Shown one piece after another: positions 26,556-39,751 of a DNA stretch of 50,234 bases (positions are counted from its first letter, which is position 1; the number at the start of each line of letters is the position of its first letter). Below the pieces are notes generated by a model. The model worked only from the letters and a program-made list of their open reading frames with translations, had not been told where the DNA came from and did no database searches. Source of the stretch: Trichoplax sp. H2. Lineage: Eukaryota. The stretch lies in contig NOWV01000315.1 in assembly GCA_003344405.1 (NCBI GenBank), forward strand, positions 1 to 50,234, written 5' to 3'. Position numbers and translations under genes: made by a program.

Positions 26556-27912
26556 ACAACTAATAAAGTTATCTTCATCATTCGCAACATCCAAATTCCC
26601 TTTAGAACCTTATCAAAAAGAAAATCCAAAAATTCTTCCGGCAAAACGTCTTCATTAAGTGTTAAATTACTCGTCGCAATCTTGCCTGTGTATAATAAAC
26701 TATGATTACTAACTTTAAGCTTTTGATCGATTCATTTACTAAGTGGAGATTATTATTTTATAATAAAGCCAATTAAACAAAATGTCCTGCTAAATTTGAT
26801 TTATTCACGACAATAAGGAAGTTGAAATGAAACGACATAAATTAATTTGGAAAACTGATTAATATAAAATTTGCTTATATTCGTACTTAACGATTAAGTC
26901 TCATCTCTTAAACGATATTTATGAAGGCTAGCAAACTATCTAAATATGTTTTAATATTCTTTTTTTCTAATTTTTGACATATACTAAGTAAAGATTTAAA
27001 ATATAAACTAATTGTTCTAAGTCTTGTTCTTTGCATCAGAAAATATGACTTTGAAACGGAAAATAAAATATAGCTAGTAATTTAGGAATGATTCACCATA
27101 AGAGTTTTAGAAATCACAGGATACTTAACCGTAAAGAATCAAGTAAATATCTAAGTATTAATTAACACTATTTACTGGTTTTAATAACAAGACTTATAAA
27201 TAAATTTGTGATTAATCATAGGCAGCCTAATGACTTTATAGCTACCTATTATGCAATTTTACTTAGTGTTCAGTTTTCCAATACGAAAACAAAAAAAATT
27301 TAACTGATCAGAATATTTTATCTTTGTATGCAAATCAAACAAATAAGTGATTCATTTATATGGTAAATATAATATTTATCGTGTTTGCGAAACAGCCTTA
27401 TTCAGTGATTTATAAATTTGTTTTATATTTTCCTTCTATTCAGATTTAATTCTTTCGCCAGGTTATTATTACAATCTATATTACCATCATAAGCATTGAT
27501 AAACATTGTGATAAAATAAGAAAAAATTGTTTTCTCTACTTTTGATATTTATTTCGCGAATATATTTAAATTCACTTGATCCATTCCTGACGAGTTGCAT
27601 TTTAAAAGCATAACTTTAAACAAATTATTAGTAGATTTAATGAGTAATTCCAGGATAGTGACAATTTTATAGAATGCAAAACAGATGAAACGGATTTATT
27701 CATTGCATTAAATAATACAGTTATTTTAATTACATCTGATCAATTCAGTTGGCCATCGAACTATTTTTCTAAAGCACCATAAGTAATATCGTCATATGCT
27801 CCAAGAAAATATAAATAGAATTTAATTTCAAATTGTGAAAGGCCGATATATGCTCTAGCGGAATAACAGCCAGGTAATCTTTTTAATAGGAAAAATAAGG
27901 GAGGTAAATCAG

Positions 27913-30226
27913 ATGGATCTAACATTCACATCGCTTCTAAGTAACCAATGCAATACCTGTTTGCCGGATGATAATTATGCTGAAATACCAAATGCACTAA
28001 ACTCGAAAATCCTTGCAGTTATATATATGATCATCGGAGGTGTTGCTATTCCTATGAATGGATGTTTCATAAGCTATATGATTTATCATCGAAAGAAAAT
28101 GTCAATTCACGATATTCTGATCATGAATTTGTCGATTTCGGATTTCTTCTATTTGGTATCATTGTAAGAAACGAATAAACTTTTTCCTGTACTCAGATTT
28201 ATTATATTTGTCTGTTTTACTTATTTTCTTAGTACATTTTCTTAAATCATTAGCAGGCCATAGGTAGAGTAAATTTCTTTAAACTGCAACTCTTAGTCGC
28301 CGAAATTTGGGTTCTTTACGTAGTTGTAGCTCGAAAGTCATAAAATCCAAGCCTTATTTTTCACTTTGTTAAATTTTTTCAATTTTCAAAGTTTTACCAG
28401 CCGTTATTAGGATTAAATACAGAATATCCTAAAATTTCTATATATTTTATTCTCGTTGTTCCTGTTTATACTTTATATATATTCATGATAGCACATGGAG
28501 AAAAAAAATTAAACAGATATCACTTGGCAGAAAGCTCTTATATGGTAGAAATATAAATGAGAATAATAAAATTAAAAGCATTTTATTCCATTTAGCTACT
28601 ATTGTAGTATAAATTTTATTAAACAGACTCTTTTTTAGAAAATATAAATTATCTTCAGCAATAGCAAATAATCATACTTTTCGAAATATTTTCATACAGT
28701 AAAAATATTTACTACCGAAAATTTCCTTACTAGTAGACTTTATTAAAGACTATAATCTAAAGTAAATTTTAATATTTTAACGAAACACTCATTTAGAAAA
28801 ATTTATTACATAACACTATGACGTAAGTCACATAATTCTAATACTGTAAATGTATTCTATTTAGACGAATAAATAAAACATTGTTATGCTAGCTTAGTAT
28901 GCAGTCGGACTTGTAGCGATCTTACAAATAAATTTAGATTACTAAAGGTATTAATTATTGACTCAAAATTAGGTTGAAATAACACGATAGCATTGCATAC
29001 AGTGCGCTTGACAGAATTATGACCATAATCAGCTTTGAAAATAGAAGAGTATAGTATTCGTATGTATTATCACCCTAAATGTAAGAAGATTGAGTGGAGA
29101 TTAAATAATAAAACAATAGAGTGCTGTTATCTACTGCCATCTATCTTCAAAATAAAACTGCTTTCGAAGTATGCAGTGTAAATCCGCTCAACGTAAGCTT
29201 AGGACCTGATAGATTTTAATTCTTCTTAAAAAACTTTTCTATAACAGTTTTAAGCAATTTAAATTCATCTAGGTAATCAACAAATTTAGCAAATATTGAT
29301 GCTATACTGCACAGTAGATATATTTTACTATTTCAATGTATTCGCGTATATAAATAAAATTAATGCTATGTCTTTATCTCTCATGTAGCTGCTGGATAAT
29401 ATTCCCTGTCGTTTTGCCAAGCATTGAAAAACCGATCTTTAAGCAAAATAATTTCCTTTGTAGATTGATGTTTGCATTTTTTGTTCTGTACTTCATTGTC
29501 AATATTTACTTGATGGCTGCCTCAGCGTTAGCTAGTTACTGGAAGATAAATAATTCAGGCCCAGCGTTTACTATCAGTCGCGCTTGGCAAATGGTCTGCA
29601 CAGCATATATTACTGCGGTACTGTTAATGTTGCTACCGACGGTTGGCATTTGGGCAAGAATCACATACTTCCATGGTGTTGGTATCTGCATGATAGATTT
29701 CAGTTCTGAGATTGATACTAATCATATCGTATTCCTTTTCGGAATCGTTTTTCCAATTTTCTTTGTTACGATTGGAATTACAGGAATTTGCTACTATCGC
29801 ATATACCAGATTGTTCATCGAAGCAGTAAAGTAATTGCGCAACACATGGCACAAAACCATCAAATTCAAAATGTCATACATAATGCAGAAATTTGTAATA
29901 ATACTCCATGTAAGCATCGTAAAACTTATTCTAGACGTGATGTCAGTTTAGCGAAGACCCTCGTTGTAATATTTATATTGTTTATCATGTCTTATGCTCC
30001 ATATGCTATAGCTCATACTTTATGTTTTTTTAATTTACTCGATTTATCCTTCACAAAATCACTCTATTTGTGGATCGTATCTTGCAGTAATAGCATTTTT
30101 AATTTTATGATATTCTACAGTCGTCGACGTAGACTAACTATTAACGACAAAATCCTCAGAGTTAAGCAAGTAGATACTGGTGTTACAACAGCAATGAAGC
30201 AATTAGATAATGTAATTAGTCACTGA
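27913..30226 (+). CDS. Two-exon atypical class A GPCR (family 2; opsin/melatonin-receptor-like), join(27913..28163,29389..30226), 362 aa
   Basis: Exon 1 encodes TM1-TM2 (PMNG, NLSISD). The GTAAGA donor at 28164 and TGTAG acceptor at 29388 join in phase 2 (TT|C). Exon 2 encodes TM3-TM7 (LCRL, GIWARITY..GICMIDF, CYYRI, RDVSLAKT, SYAPY). Confidence 0.88.
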
Positions 30227-30515
30227 TCTTTACGGTGATACTAAAATATACAAACAGTTACGTGCTTAGCTTAAGGATGCAACCATAGAAGTCCATATCA
30301 TATTCCTCTTGTTTGTCAATATATTAAGTGACTGTAACATATTTGAGAATAGGTATGATAATAAACCGATAATTTTACTAGATCAATGAGAGAATTTTAA
30401 AATCATTAAGTATTTTTTTTTCTTGTACGACAACTTAAGTATCGGGAAGTAACGTTTAAAAGTAAAGTTTCTTAATGATAAATAATGAGTTTAAAATTAA
30501 TTTTTAAACTGACTT

Positions 30516-31080
30516 GGCGACACAAATAATCATAAAAATCCAAAATTTGTAGATAATTTGAACCTTATTTGATCTTTATACCAAGATAATGTATGCATAG
30601 CTTCACTCTAGTCGAATAAAACTAATAAAAGTTCCTTGAAGGAACCACTAGGGTAATCAAAGTTGCCAGATTTTATACTTTTTGTAGCATTCGCAGCTAC
30701 AATCAGCAGAGCAACATTCTATCATATTTTGCACATTTTCAGATTATTAGCAACAATATTTTACAGCGGACAATCATTAATCCAATACAGGAACTGCTAC
30801 AGCATTTACGCACACACTATATTATATCAGTCAAAGTATAATGAAATAATTACATTCAAATATAAGAATAACAGATCTATTTTCACCTTTAACCTTAATA
30901 GTAAGTAAATGCTCTACTGTATGAAGTTGTCTACATTTTAGTTTAGAATTTTCACTAATGCCTATGGTTTTATGCTACTAAATATTTCTTCAGATAAATA
31001 TAGAGAGCTACAAGTATACTACTGTAAATAATACAAAACATGGTTAATGGTATACAATCCTAAAAGTAAGTGGCGTCATA
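30516..31080 (-). mobile_element. Diverged solo LTR-like element, family A subfamily
   Basis: Collinear but diverged relative to 41990..42550. Termini are mutated (GG...TA), yet the perfect TSD GACTT remains (30511-30515 and 31081-31085). Confidence 0.8.
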
Positions 31081-31185
31081 GACTTTAAAATAACCTTCAA
31101 ATAATTATAATTTGTCTATAAATTTTGTCTGTTGACAAGAATTCGACCTTAAAAAGAAGTGTAACCAAAATCGAAAATTTGACGG

Positions 31186-32345
31186 TAGATCAATATGTTA
31201 CACTGTATTACTCATCATACCAAAAGTACCTATTATTTGAATAAGAATTATAAAAATTTAACCTTTATTACATCGCGAAACTAGGCACTTAGCTAAAAGC
31301 CGAAGAAAGATTACAAACATTTTACAGATTTAAATTAGAATTGCTATAATAAGTAAAATTCGGTGATTTGAACGTCGATCACAAACTAACGATGGCTGCT
31401 TCACATTATATTTTAACACAGCAATGTGATATTGTCACAACGCTTAAATTAACCAATGATAGCGTATTATACACGTACTCTTTTAATGACTAAGCTATCT
31501 AGAACTACCCTTTTCAAAAAGCACAAAGACANNNNNNNNNNNNNNNNNNNNAATAACAAAAAGATAATAAAAGGAAATAAAAAATATAACACTAAAAATC
31601 GAATATATACGCCGCGCGAGCGCAAAGAAATATATATATCGTTTCAACTCTGTAATTTTCTATATATATTTATGCAATAATGTATGCGCGATTCGCGATT
31701 GGTCCATTATCTTTTTGTTATTATTTTTCGCGTGGGTCNNNNNNNNNNNNNNNNNNNNTAGATCAATATGTTACACTGTATTACTCATCATACCAAAAGT
31801 ACCTATTATTTGAATAAGAATTATAAAAATTTAACCTTTATTACATCGCGAAACTAGGCACTTAGCTAAAAGCCGAAGAAAGATTACAAACATTTTACAG
31901 ATTTAAATTAGAATTGCTATAATAAGTAAAATTCAGTGATTTGAACGTCGATCACAAACTAACGATGGCTGCTTCAAGATAGAGAAGACCTGGACCCACG
32001 CGAAAAATAATAACAAAAAGATAATAAAAGGAAATAAAAAATATAACACTAAAAATCGAATATATACGCCGCGCGAGCGCAAAGAAATATATATATCGTT
32101 TCAACTCTGTAATTTTCTATATATATTTATGCAATAATGTATGCGCGATTCGCGATTGGTCCATTATCTTTTTGTTATTATTTTTCGCGTGGGTCCAGGT
32201 CTTCTCTATCTGCTTCACATTATATTTTAACATAGCAATGTGATATTGTCACAACGCTTAAATTAACCAATGATAGCGTATTATACACCTACTCTTTTAA
32301 TGACTAAGCTGTCTAGAACTACCCTTTTCAAAAAGCACAAAGACA
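31186..32345. repeat. Apparent duplication around two N gaps, probably two haplotypes (empty and MITE-filled)
   Basis: 31186..31531 equals 31759..32345 apart from 4 substitutions and the MITE. Gaps at 31532..31551 and 31739..31758 bracket a partial MITE copy (31552..31738). Confidence 0.85.
31977..32211. mobile_element. MITE / non-autonomous DNA transposon, 235 bp
   Basis: Perfect 49-bp TIRs (AGATAGAGAAGACCTGGACCCACGCGAAAAATAATAACAAAAAGATAAT) and TSD GCTTCA. The empty site GGCTGCTTCACATT is visible near 31394. Confidence 0.93.
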
Positions 32346-33215
32346 AAAATTTAAACACGACAACATCAGTATTCAAGCTTTCTTTACTCTAGAAATACTA
32401 TATCTTCAACAACAGCCAACATCAGTATTTATCTAAATCTTGGCTTTAAATATGAAACTAAAATAAGATAACCTAACTTAAAGCTAACTTAAAGTAAATG
32501 TCTCTTTAGAGGAAGTCAAATTAACTAAAATCATTCAAAAATAATAGATTTAAACTTACGTTAATGCTATTAGTAGCTGAAATGGTTTTAAAAATTATGA
32601 TAGATCCGCAAAGTTTGCATATAGTAAAATTGTTATACAATTTAAGTAAACTCAGGGAGCATAGATTCAAACTAGCTCTTGTTAGAAACATTTTATGAAT
32701 TATTACTATGTGACTGGTGCCCTTTCTTAATCGACTTTGATAATATTATCAATGCCGGTTTTTATTATATAGGAATCTGAAATTGTGACTTTAATGAACG
32801 AAAAAAATATTATAATAGAAACGATTTGTTATCAACAAAGGAAACCAGAGCAGAGTAATTAAATAAACTGTTATCAAAAATTTTTCTTGAACGTTCGACT
32901 TTATGATACAGGTCTAAGATAATTTAAGATTTGATATCGATGATTAGAAGAGAAATAAACATTTCGGTTGACATTAGATATGTATAGTACTTATGTCACA
33001 ATTAATTATTTAATGCGTTATCAATGATATAGTTTAGTTGAGTAATAAATTATATATTTACACCTAGCTATGAATTAAGTGCTATTAAATGTCATAGAAA
33101 TTGTTTTTGAGATTTTTTCTATATTCAGCATGTAGACTTAGTTATCAATTTATAATTGCTATGCTCCAACGAAGTTTTTGAGGCTATATGAAAGCCTCAA
33201 CTTCATAATTGAGGT

Positions 33216-33699
33216 AGTGATGTAACTTAGTATTGTGATTGTAGACTGTTAGCCATGTTTAGTATAATGTACGGTAGCGTAACTTCTATATTTATCCTAA
33301 GAGATATTTGGTAGCCATTACTATAGACTGTAGTGATATAGAATCTATGACAGAGTATAGATGACTATATACAATAAGGTGATAATTATTAAGTTACTAA
33401 TAAAGCTATAGGTAAAAATAAAACTGTAAATCATATATTAGGATATGATTAATTCATTGTACTTTGGCTGGTGTGAATAATGTCTACGTAAATACCGTAG
33501 TCGTATCCATGTCGGATTAATGATGGTCCGCAGTAGAATAGTCTTACTAAGAATAATTTAACCATGTGTAAAATAAGATAAAGGTTACCATGCGGATTGT
33601 AGCTGCGAATGCTACGAAAAGTATAAAAGCATGTAACTTTAGATTATTCAGTTAGTTCGTTGTAGAAGTCTTTAGTAGTAGTATTCGGCTAAGTATAGA
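33216..33699 (+). mobile_element. Family A LTR-like element, 3'-truncated
   Basis: High identity to 13258..13808 but stops before the AATAAA/CA end. Confidence 0.85.
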
Positions 33700-34819
33700 C
33701 TCCGTCAATTAATTGCAGCGTTAGTTTTAGTAATAAGTAATTAGGATTTTATTAATTGTTAATAATGTTTACTTATTATGGCCACATCTGACATTTTATT
33801 CCTGATGATTAATTTTTTCACTTTACAGTAACATTAACAAACATCTTCAATTAGCATCTTATGGTCGAGATGTAGTCATAGATGTATGTAACAATGCGTC
33901 ATTTCTTTGCAATTTAGGAACGAATCATTTCACTTACTCGGCATCATTTATTACATACCAAAGCTTTGCAACTGCCTAGAGTTTTTAACACCTTTAATTT
34001 ATGGCGTCGTATCTGTACATCAAAATACAGTACATCAAAATACATTAAATCTAAAAGGAAATACCAGTTCTTGTAATTTTGGTTGAAGTGTAATTAATAA
34101 CATTAAACGCTACTACTAAGTGACGACTAAGATCATAAACTGAACTAATGTGATATTTATGATCAATTCGATGCCATATTACATTTTATTGGAATAGTTA
34201 GCTATTTAGCTAAAAAGTTTATTAAATTTATACTTCAGTATGACCTACATACGCTTATTGTTTTTGGGGTTGTCCATAACCTTATTTGTGCAAATGCTAT
34301 ACAAATCCTCTAAGTTTTTTGTTACCAATAAATTACTGAGAAAAACCATGCTTACTGATGTACGAGTCGTATATAAATGTTGCGCGTTGGATCGGGTTTG
34401 AAAAATGTGAAATATCCTTGTTGCGATCTATTTACGGTTTATAAGATCTTTTTTTCCGAATAGTTAATTGCTTCTTAGATGCTTCGTTAAATTAAAACCG
34501 TTCATGCATTAATCTTAGAAATTAGGCAATGTTCCTTTAAAACATTTTAAGCTAAGGTGTTATTTAATATGACCTAAAAAGAATTACGTTAGATCCTAAA
34601 CTGACTCTTTCCATTTCTGCCTATTAATTTCAATATTAAAAATTGTACATCCAATAAGCAAAGTTTAATTGCTTTTTATAGCTCCATTAAAAAAGGAAGT
34701 AAAACAATAAGACGTATTTTACTATATATCTTCAATAAAAGTAATACTTTTAATAAATAATACTTGAAAAATGAAAGCAAAATAGAAGTGAAAATCATGA
34801 TTTTTATTATTACATATCT

Positions 34820-36045
34820 CAAGAAAATTTTCAAGCGTATGATTATCTTCAGTGGGCATGGTAATTTTTAAATTGCTGATGATGGCTTACTACTCAGATG
34901 ATTTCAAAGAATAAAAGCAGTTATCCGTTATGGAATACAATAATAAAAGTAGGTAATAAAGTTTGGAAATTTTAGTATCAGATGAAGTATAGAAAATTTA
35001 ATGGATTGCAGTTTATTAAGTATGTCTGGAAACGTTCTACAAATTAATAGCTTTTGGCTACTGCATGAGTATCAGGCTTAATTTATAACAGAGTAGTTGA
35101 TCCTTGTCCGTATGGTGATTCATCATGACAATTGAAAGTGATCAATAGTAGATAAACAGTTTAAACTCAGTGAAACATAACAATTAGACTGTCTTATTAG
35201 AGAAAATAGATAATTTTGGTTGCCTATAATAAAAGTGCTTAAGTATTGAATCACGTTTTCAAGTTTGAACAGGTTTATATTTCTTATTAAATTTTTTTTT
35301 CGTGAGATAAGACTGAATATTGCTTTTCCAAATTGTGACTATGGATATGCTGCGAGACGTTCATGTAGCGATATTTTTAATGCTATACTTGTTATATTTA
35401 GATTACTTATATAAAATTTCATCCCTTGCGAATCTATGGTAGCGTGGCTTGCTAAATTTAGAAAATAAAGATTAGTATTTTCAAATTATACTGTTAATAA
35501 ACCTAAAACTGAGAGTACTACTTCAGATGTCATAAAATTATGAGTTTTATTCTTAATATTGTAATTGCACGATTAAGTTTATTCTTCAATTAATTTTGGG
35601 CGATTATATCTGCTCTTAAAAGATGTAGAAAAAGTTAAATCTGCTATAAATAGGCTCTCAATAAACTCCACTTTAAAAACTAAATGCAGGGATAATCACA
35701 TCACTACTTACTTCATTCGCGATTTTCCTTTTATTAGCACCACATAAATAATATGAAGTCGTTGGATTAATAGTTTGAGCATTGATTTTAATATTTAAAT
35801 ACTAGATGTAATTGAAATATATTATTATCAAAAATTTGGCCTAGAAAAACATGTACGAAACTACCTGGGTATTGGATTTCATATTGTAGATAAGTGATGT
35901 TAAGTCATATCGATTGTATTACAAAGTTTACAGTTGTCTAATAAACTAGTAAGGGTATGATGATGCTATTAACTGGGATGGGTGTTGTACTAGCATGACT
36001 AAGTGTTTCAGTCTTGTTTTTTATAATTATGTGCCTTCTAGTCGG
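34820..36045 (+). pseudogene. Decayed family 2 GPCR fossil
   Basis: Collinear matches: DGLL..MISKNK..LSVME (NGCF..MIYHRKKMSIHD), IFLMLY..SSLANLW (35419; SALASYW), IWPRKT (35834; IWARIT), GIGFHIVD (35868; GVGICMID), NYVP (36025; SYAP). Confidence 0.5.
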
Positions 36046-36424
36046 CTTAAAAAATATAGAAATAATCATATTCTACTATACTTAGATTCTACTGCGTACA
36101 ATTAGAATTGAGCAGTGTCTCGAAATGCGACAGGCTATATTTGAACCTATTTTGTAAAATTAAAAAAAATATAAGCTACCTTTAATCTAACCAGAATAAA
36201 AATTAGATTAAATTTTAAAACTAGTGCTACTAATCTATCGAATGTATTAACAATAAATATAATTATTCTGATATTGATATCGATGGCTCGCTTAAACTTA
36301 TCAATCGCGATACAGAAGTACGAAATGAAATTGACTTTCTGAATAAATTTTCCATTCAGCAGAATTGATCACCTAAGTAAATAATGATTCGAAATTATAC
36401 TTGATATTGCAATGAATGGAAATA

Positions 36425-37972
36425 TGTAGAAATCAAGCCGCTTTACTTCTAATAAACTTTGATTCGACTTTCTTGACACTCTAGCTGACTTAACACAAAC
36501 TTGACAACAATAATAAAAATTGGGGAAACGGTCAATCTCCAATTTACTAAGAAAACATGAAAAAGTCAGATTAGACTACCTTTCAAATACTTAATTTTAA
36601 TAATTATAAGTGAAAAAACATATAAAATGACAGAACTGAATCTGTCAAGAACCAAACAACCTAACAAAAAAAAGATCGTTTTCAGTTACTACATTTCGAT
36701 CTCGAAGGTTTTTAGAATTCAACCAGTCCTTCAAAACAGTTTTCTTTTACTTTCTACTCTAAATTTTGTTATTGCTTTATCATTTAAACCCTTCATTCAG
36801 CCGTCAGCGCTGTTTGAAATTAAACATTTATTAACCAATCACTCTTAAGATTCATTTTAGAAAACTACTTTGCACCACTTAAGAAACAAAATCAATCAAA
36901 GTTCTGACACAACTTACCTTATCATTCCCTTACAAAATACTATAAATCAACAAACTGACTATAAATAAATTACATCATGCTTCACTTCTGAGATTATTTC
37001 TGTTCATTAATACATTATAAAAGTCTAAAATTAACCTTTAAACATCAAGATTAGTCAAAAAGGAAACAGTCTAACTACTTATAAATCGACACAACCTCTG
37101 TCATTTGCCGTCTTATTTTCTATTTTCCCAACTAAGCTTTTCCAATGTAACTTTCAAGTCACGTCATAAAATTCTAAACTTTCAAATTCAAAACAAAAGG
37201 TTCAAATTTCAAAAATCAACTCTTACAACATTTTTCAAAATTAAAATTCACAGTCATAAAACAGTTTTGCAACAAGATAACGTAATGTACGATCAATGAG
37301 TCAATTCCTTGAACCACGTATCAAGGAACGATATCTGCACTATCACAAACACTTTTGCTCTACTAGCAGACTGCACAAAGACTTAGACGCCTCGAATTAT
37401 AAGTTAAATACTATGTTTAAGAATCCACTTTATTACACGACATACTGCATTTATATACTCTTCCTCAATAGTTCATGAGTAATAGTTAGTACGATTAACT
37501 TTGGAATCATTTACTGAATTAGATATTAAGTTTAGCTACTGCTGCCTTGATGCAGACAACAGTATTTACGAACATAGACACGTAATGACTAATACAGAAT
37601 AGTCAGATTGCGATATGTTCAATCACGGAACATTTCCATGATAATTTACAATCTACCATAAGTAAATTACAATCACAATGATTCGAACTGTAAGTAGATG
37701 ATTTGCATTCCTTACTATCACTATTAATTTTAGTAAGTGCGTATGTGTCACTGTGATAAAAAGTCAGTGCTATATTAAAACACAGTATGTCGAAATTAGA
37801 ACTTAACTAAATAAGGATAGTTCAACAGAATTATTCTAACATAGATATTTCTACTTCAATACAGTATATAACACTGTCACAGACACAGATCAGACAGGTT
37901 CCAAAATTTGAATCCCAAAAATCCGAATTTTATAAAGGCAAATAATCGTTTATTAAAAAATTTTACATTACA
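36425..37972 (-). mobile_element. Family E LTR-like element, split by a nested family C element
   Basis: 36425..37251 and 37882..about 37972 are the diverged reverse complement of 20958..21896. Starts TGTAGA at 36425; right boundary approximate. Confidence 0.7.
37252..37881 (-). mobile_element. Solo LTR-like element, family C (nested in E)
   Basis: Reverse-complement homolog of 42689..43317. AGTCAT...GTCACA ends; flanks TTCAC/GACAC only partly match. Confidence 0.85.
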
Positions 37973-38716
37973 ACTAAGACTTCTTATCTGACATAAATAT
38001 TGGTAGTTGATGTTGTAGCACGAAGTTGTATGGTAAGGTACGATTATAATCTACATTATAATACTTTATTGCTATATTATAAATCCAACTTCTCCATGGA
38101 TATGGTATTGTTACCAAGTCAATTTCATTTATAATCATAATAGACTATCAAATGCCTATTATTTAGATTAGGCGATTACTCCTAGGTTATTTCTATTGTA
38201 ATCTATACAACACTTTGTAAAATATTGAAGAAGAAAAGATAGCGACATAATGATTTGGCAGAATAGAACTTGAAGATACTATCACCTTGCAAGTATTTTC
38301 TATAGTAAAGTTATAATAGTTACATGCTAAAATCTATAAAGGGCTTTAATTTTTATCCTCTACTACAACGTTACTATAATATCGCAGTTATTGTATTCAT
38401 ACGAATACGTGACCTTCAAACTTGGATGATAGTGATACTTAATTCTTTTACGTAAATCTTTTGAATTATCAAATGCTAGATAATTAAGATATGTAATTAA
38501 AAAAAACAGTAAAGAATATACATTCGAGACTTGTAAAAGATCTTCTTATCATACAATATTTAGAATAGTAATTGCCAACAATTACTTTCAACATCTATTA
38601 AAATTTAGCAGGCAATAAAATGGATTTGAAGATATTAAATGAATTGTATTAGTTGAAAATTAGAAATATTAAATTCTTGGAGAATTACGATATCCCCTAA
38701 TGATCATATTAAAACA

Positions 38717-39751
38717 CTATCTTGCAGAACATAGAGAAAAATCTTTTCGAAGGTTTTCTACAACTGCGCGCCTAAAAGTTTGATTAAATACTAGGGAAAT
38801 TATAGGATTTTGTAAAGCGTTCATGATACCTAGTCCGAAAGCGAAGGAAATTAAGATAAACATAAGCCGACTTAGGCTAAGAAGAAATTCAACATAAGAT
38901 TTACCAATAACTGCTATAGTTACCCAAACAATGGCAAATGGAATAGAATTACTCATAAATAGAAATGTCGCGATAAACATAATTTTAGTTGCATTAATTT
39001 GGCGATGGCTACTATGGTGTATTACTGTAACGGAATTTTTATTGGCCATAATTGATGATTTAACTCGCCTTATAATCTTATAGTACAAGGTGGCTACTAC
39101 TACCAATGGAATAGGATAGCCAATTACTACTGTAACAAGGAGATAGATCTGCATAAACGGACGATCATCATAAATTAAATCACACATAAATGGAATCTTT
39201 TCATTATTATTCGTTATAACGATAAAAGGACTAGCAACTGTAAATCCGATCACCCAAGTTAATATTATGGTAATAATTAAAAACCTTCGACTAGTAAATG
39301 GTGATCGAGATTTTAAATGAACTATAGTAAAATAGCGATCGATACTAATTGCCATTAATGATTGAGAAGAAGTTGTATAAGATGCACTTAACATAAAAAG
39401 ATTGATCTTGCACAATATTTTCTGATATCTAAAAGTTGTACCACTTTCTTGACTAAATAACCATATAGAATTGGTAATGCCGAAGAGGATAGCATTGGAC
39501 AATAGCATGATATCTGAAGTGGCCATATTGACTGATAGTATGTACGACGGCGTATGGAATCGTCGGCATTTATATATCGTATTTATTGATAAAATGTTGG
39601 ATCCAATTCCAAATATATAAATGGGTATCATAAAAACGGCTAAATACCGCGAGGTTTCATGATAAAATGCTATCTTGGATATAGTTTCATTATCCATGCC
39701 AACTCGTATTGATGGATAAGGTAATGATAAGGCTCGACTTTCATTTAACAT
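38717..39751 (-). CDS. Rhodopsin-family orphan GPCR, family 1
   Basis: 344-aa 7TM ORF with NMATSD, SIDRY, PFMCDL, YPIP, FMSNSIP and QNPIIS. Confidence 0.93.
   Translation of the reverse strand: MLNESRALSLPYPSIRVGMDNETISKIAFYHETSRYLAVFMIPIYIFGIGSNILSINTIYKCRRFHTPSYILSVNMATSDIMLLSNAILFGITNSIWLFSQESGTTFRYQKILCKINLFMLSASYTTSSQSLMAISIDRYFTIVHLKSRSPFTSRRFLIITIILTWVIGFTVASPFIVITNNNEKIPFMCDLIYDDRPFMQIYLLVTVVIGYPIPLVVVATLYYKIIRRVKSSIMANKNSVTVIHHSSHRQINATKIMFIATFLFMSNSIPFAIVWVTIAVIGKSYVEFLLSLSRLMFILISFAFGLGIMNALQNPIISLVFNQTFRRAVVENLRKDFSLCSAR

Noticed and set aside
29633..29917. 94-aa minus-strand ORF, and likewise 7748..7954
   Set aside because: Antisense shadows of GPCR coding sequence.
31456..31680. 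74-aa ORF
   Set aside because: Spans an N gap and MITE sequence.
38011..38370. TGTTGTAG...CTACAACG possible LTR, and similar candidates near 3874 and 5039
   Set aside because: Single copies with no TSD or homolog in the window.
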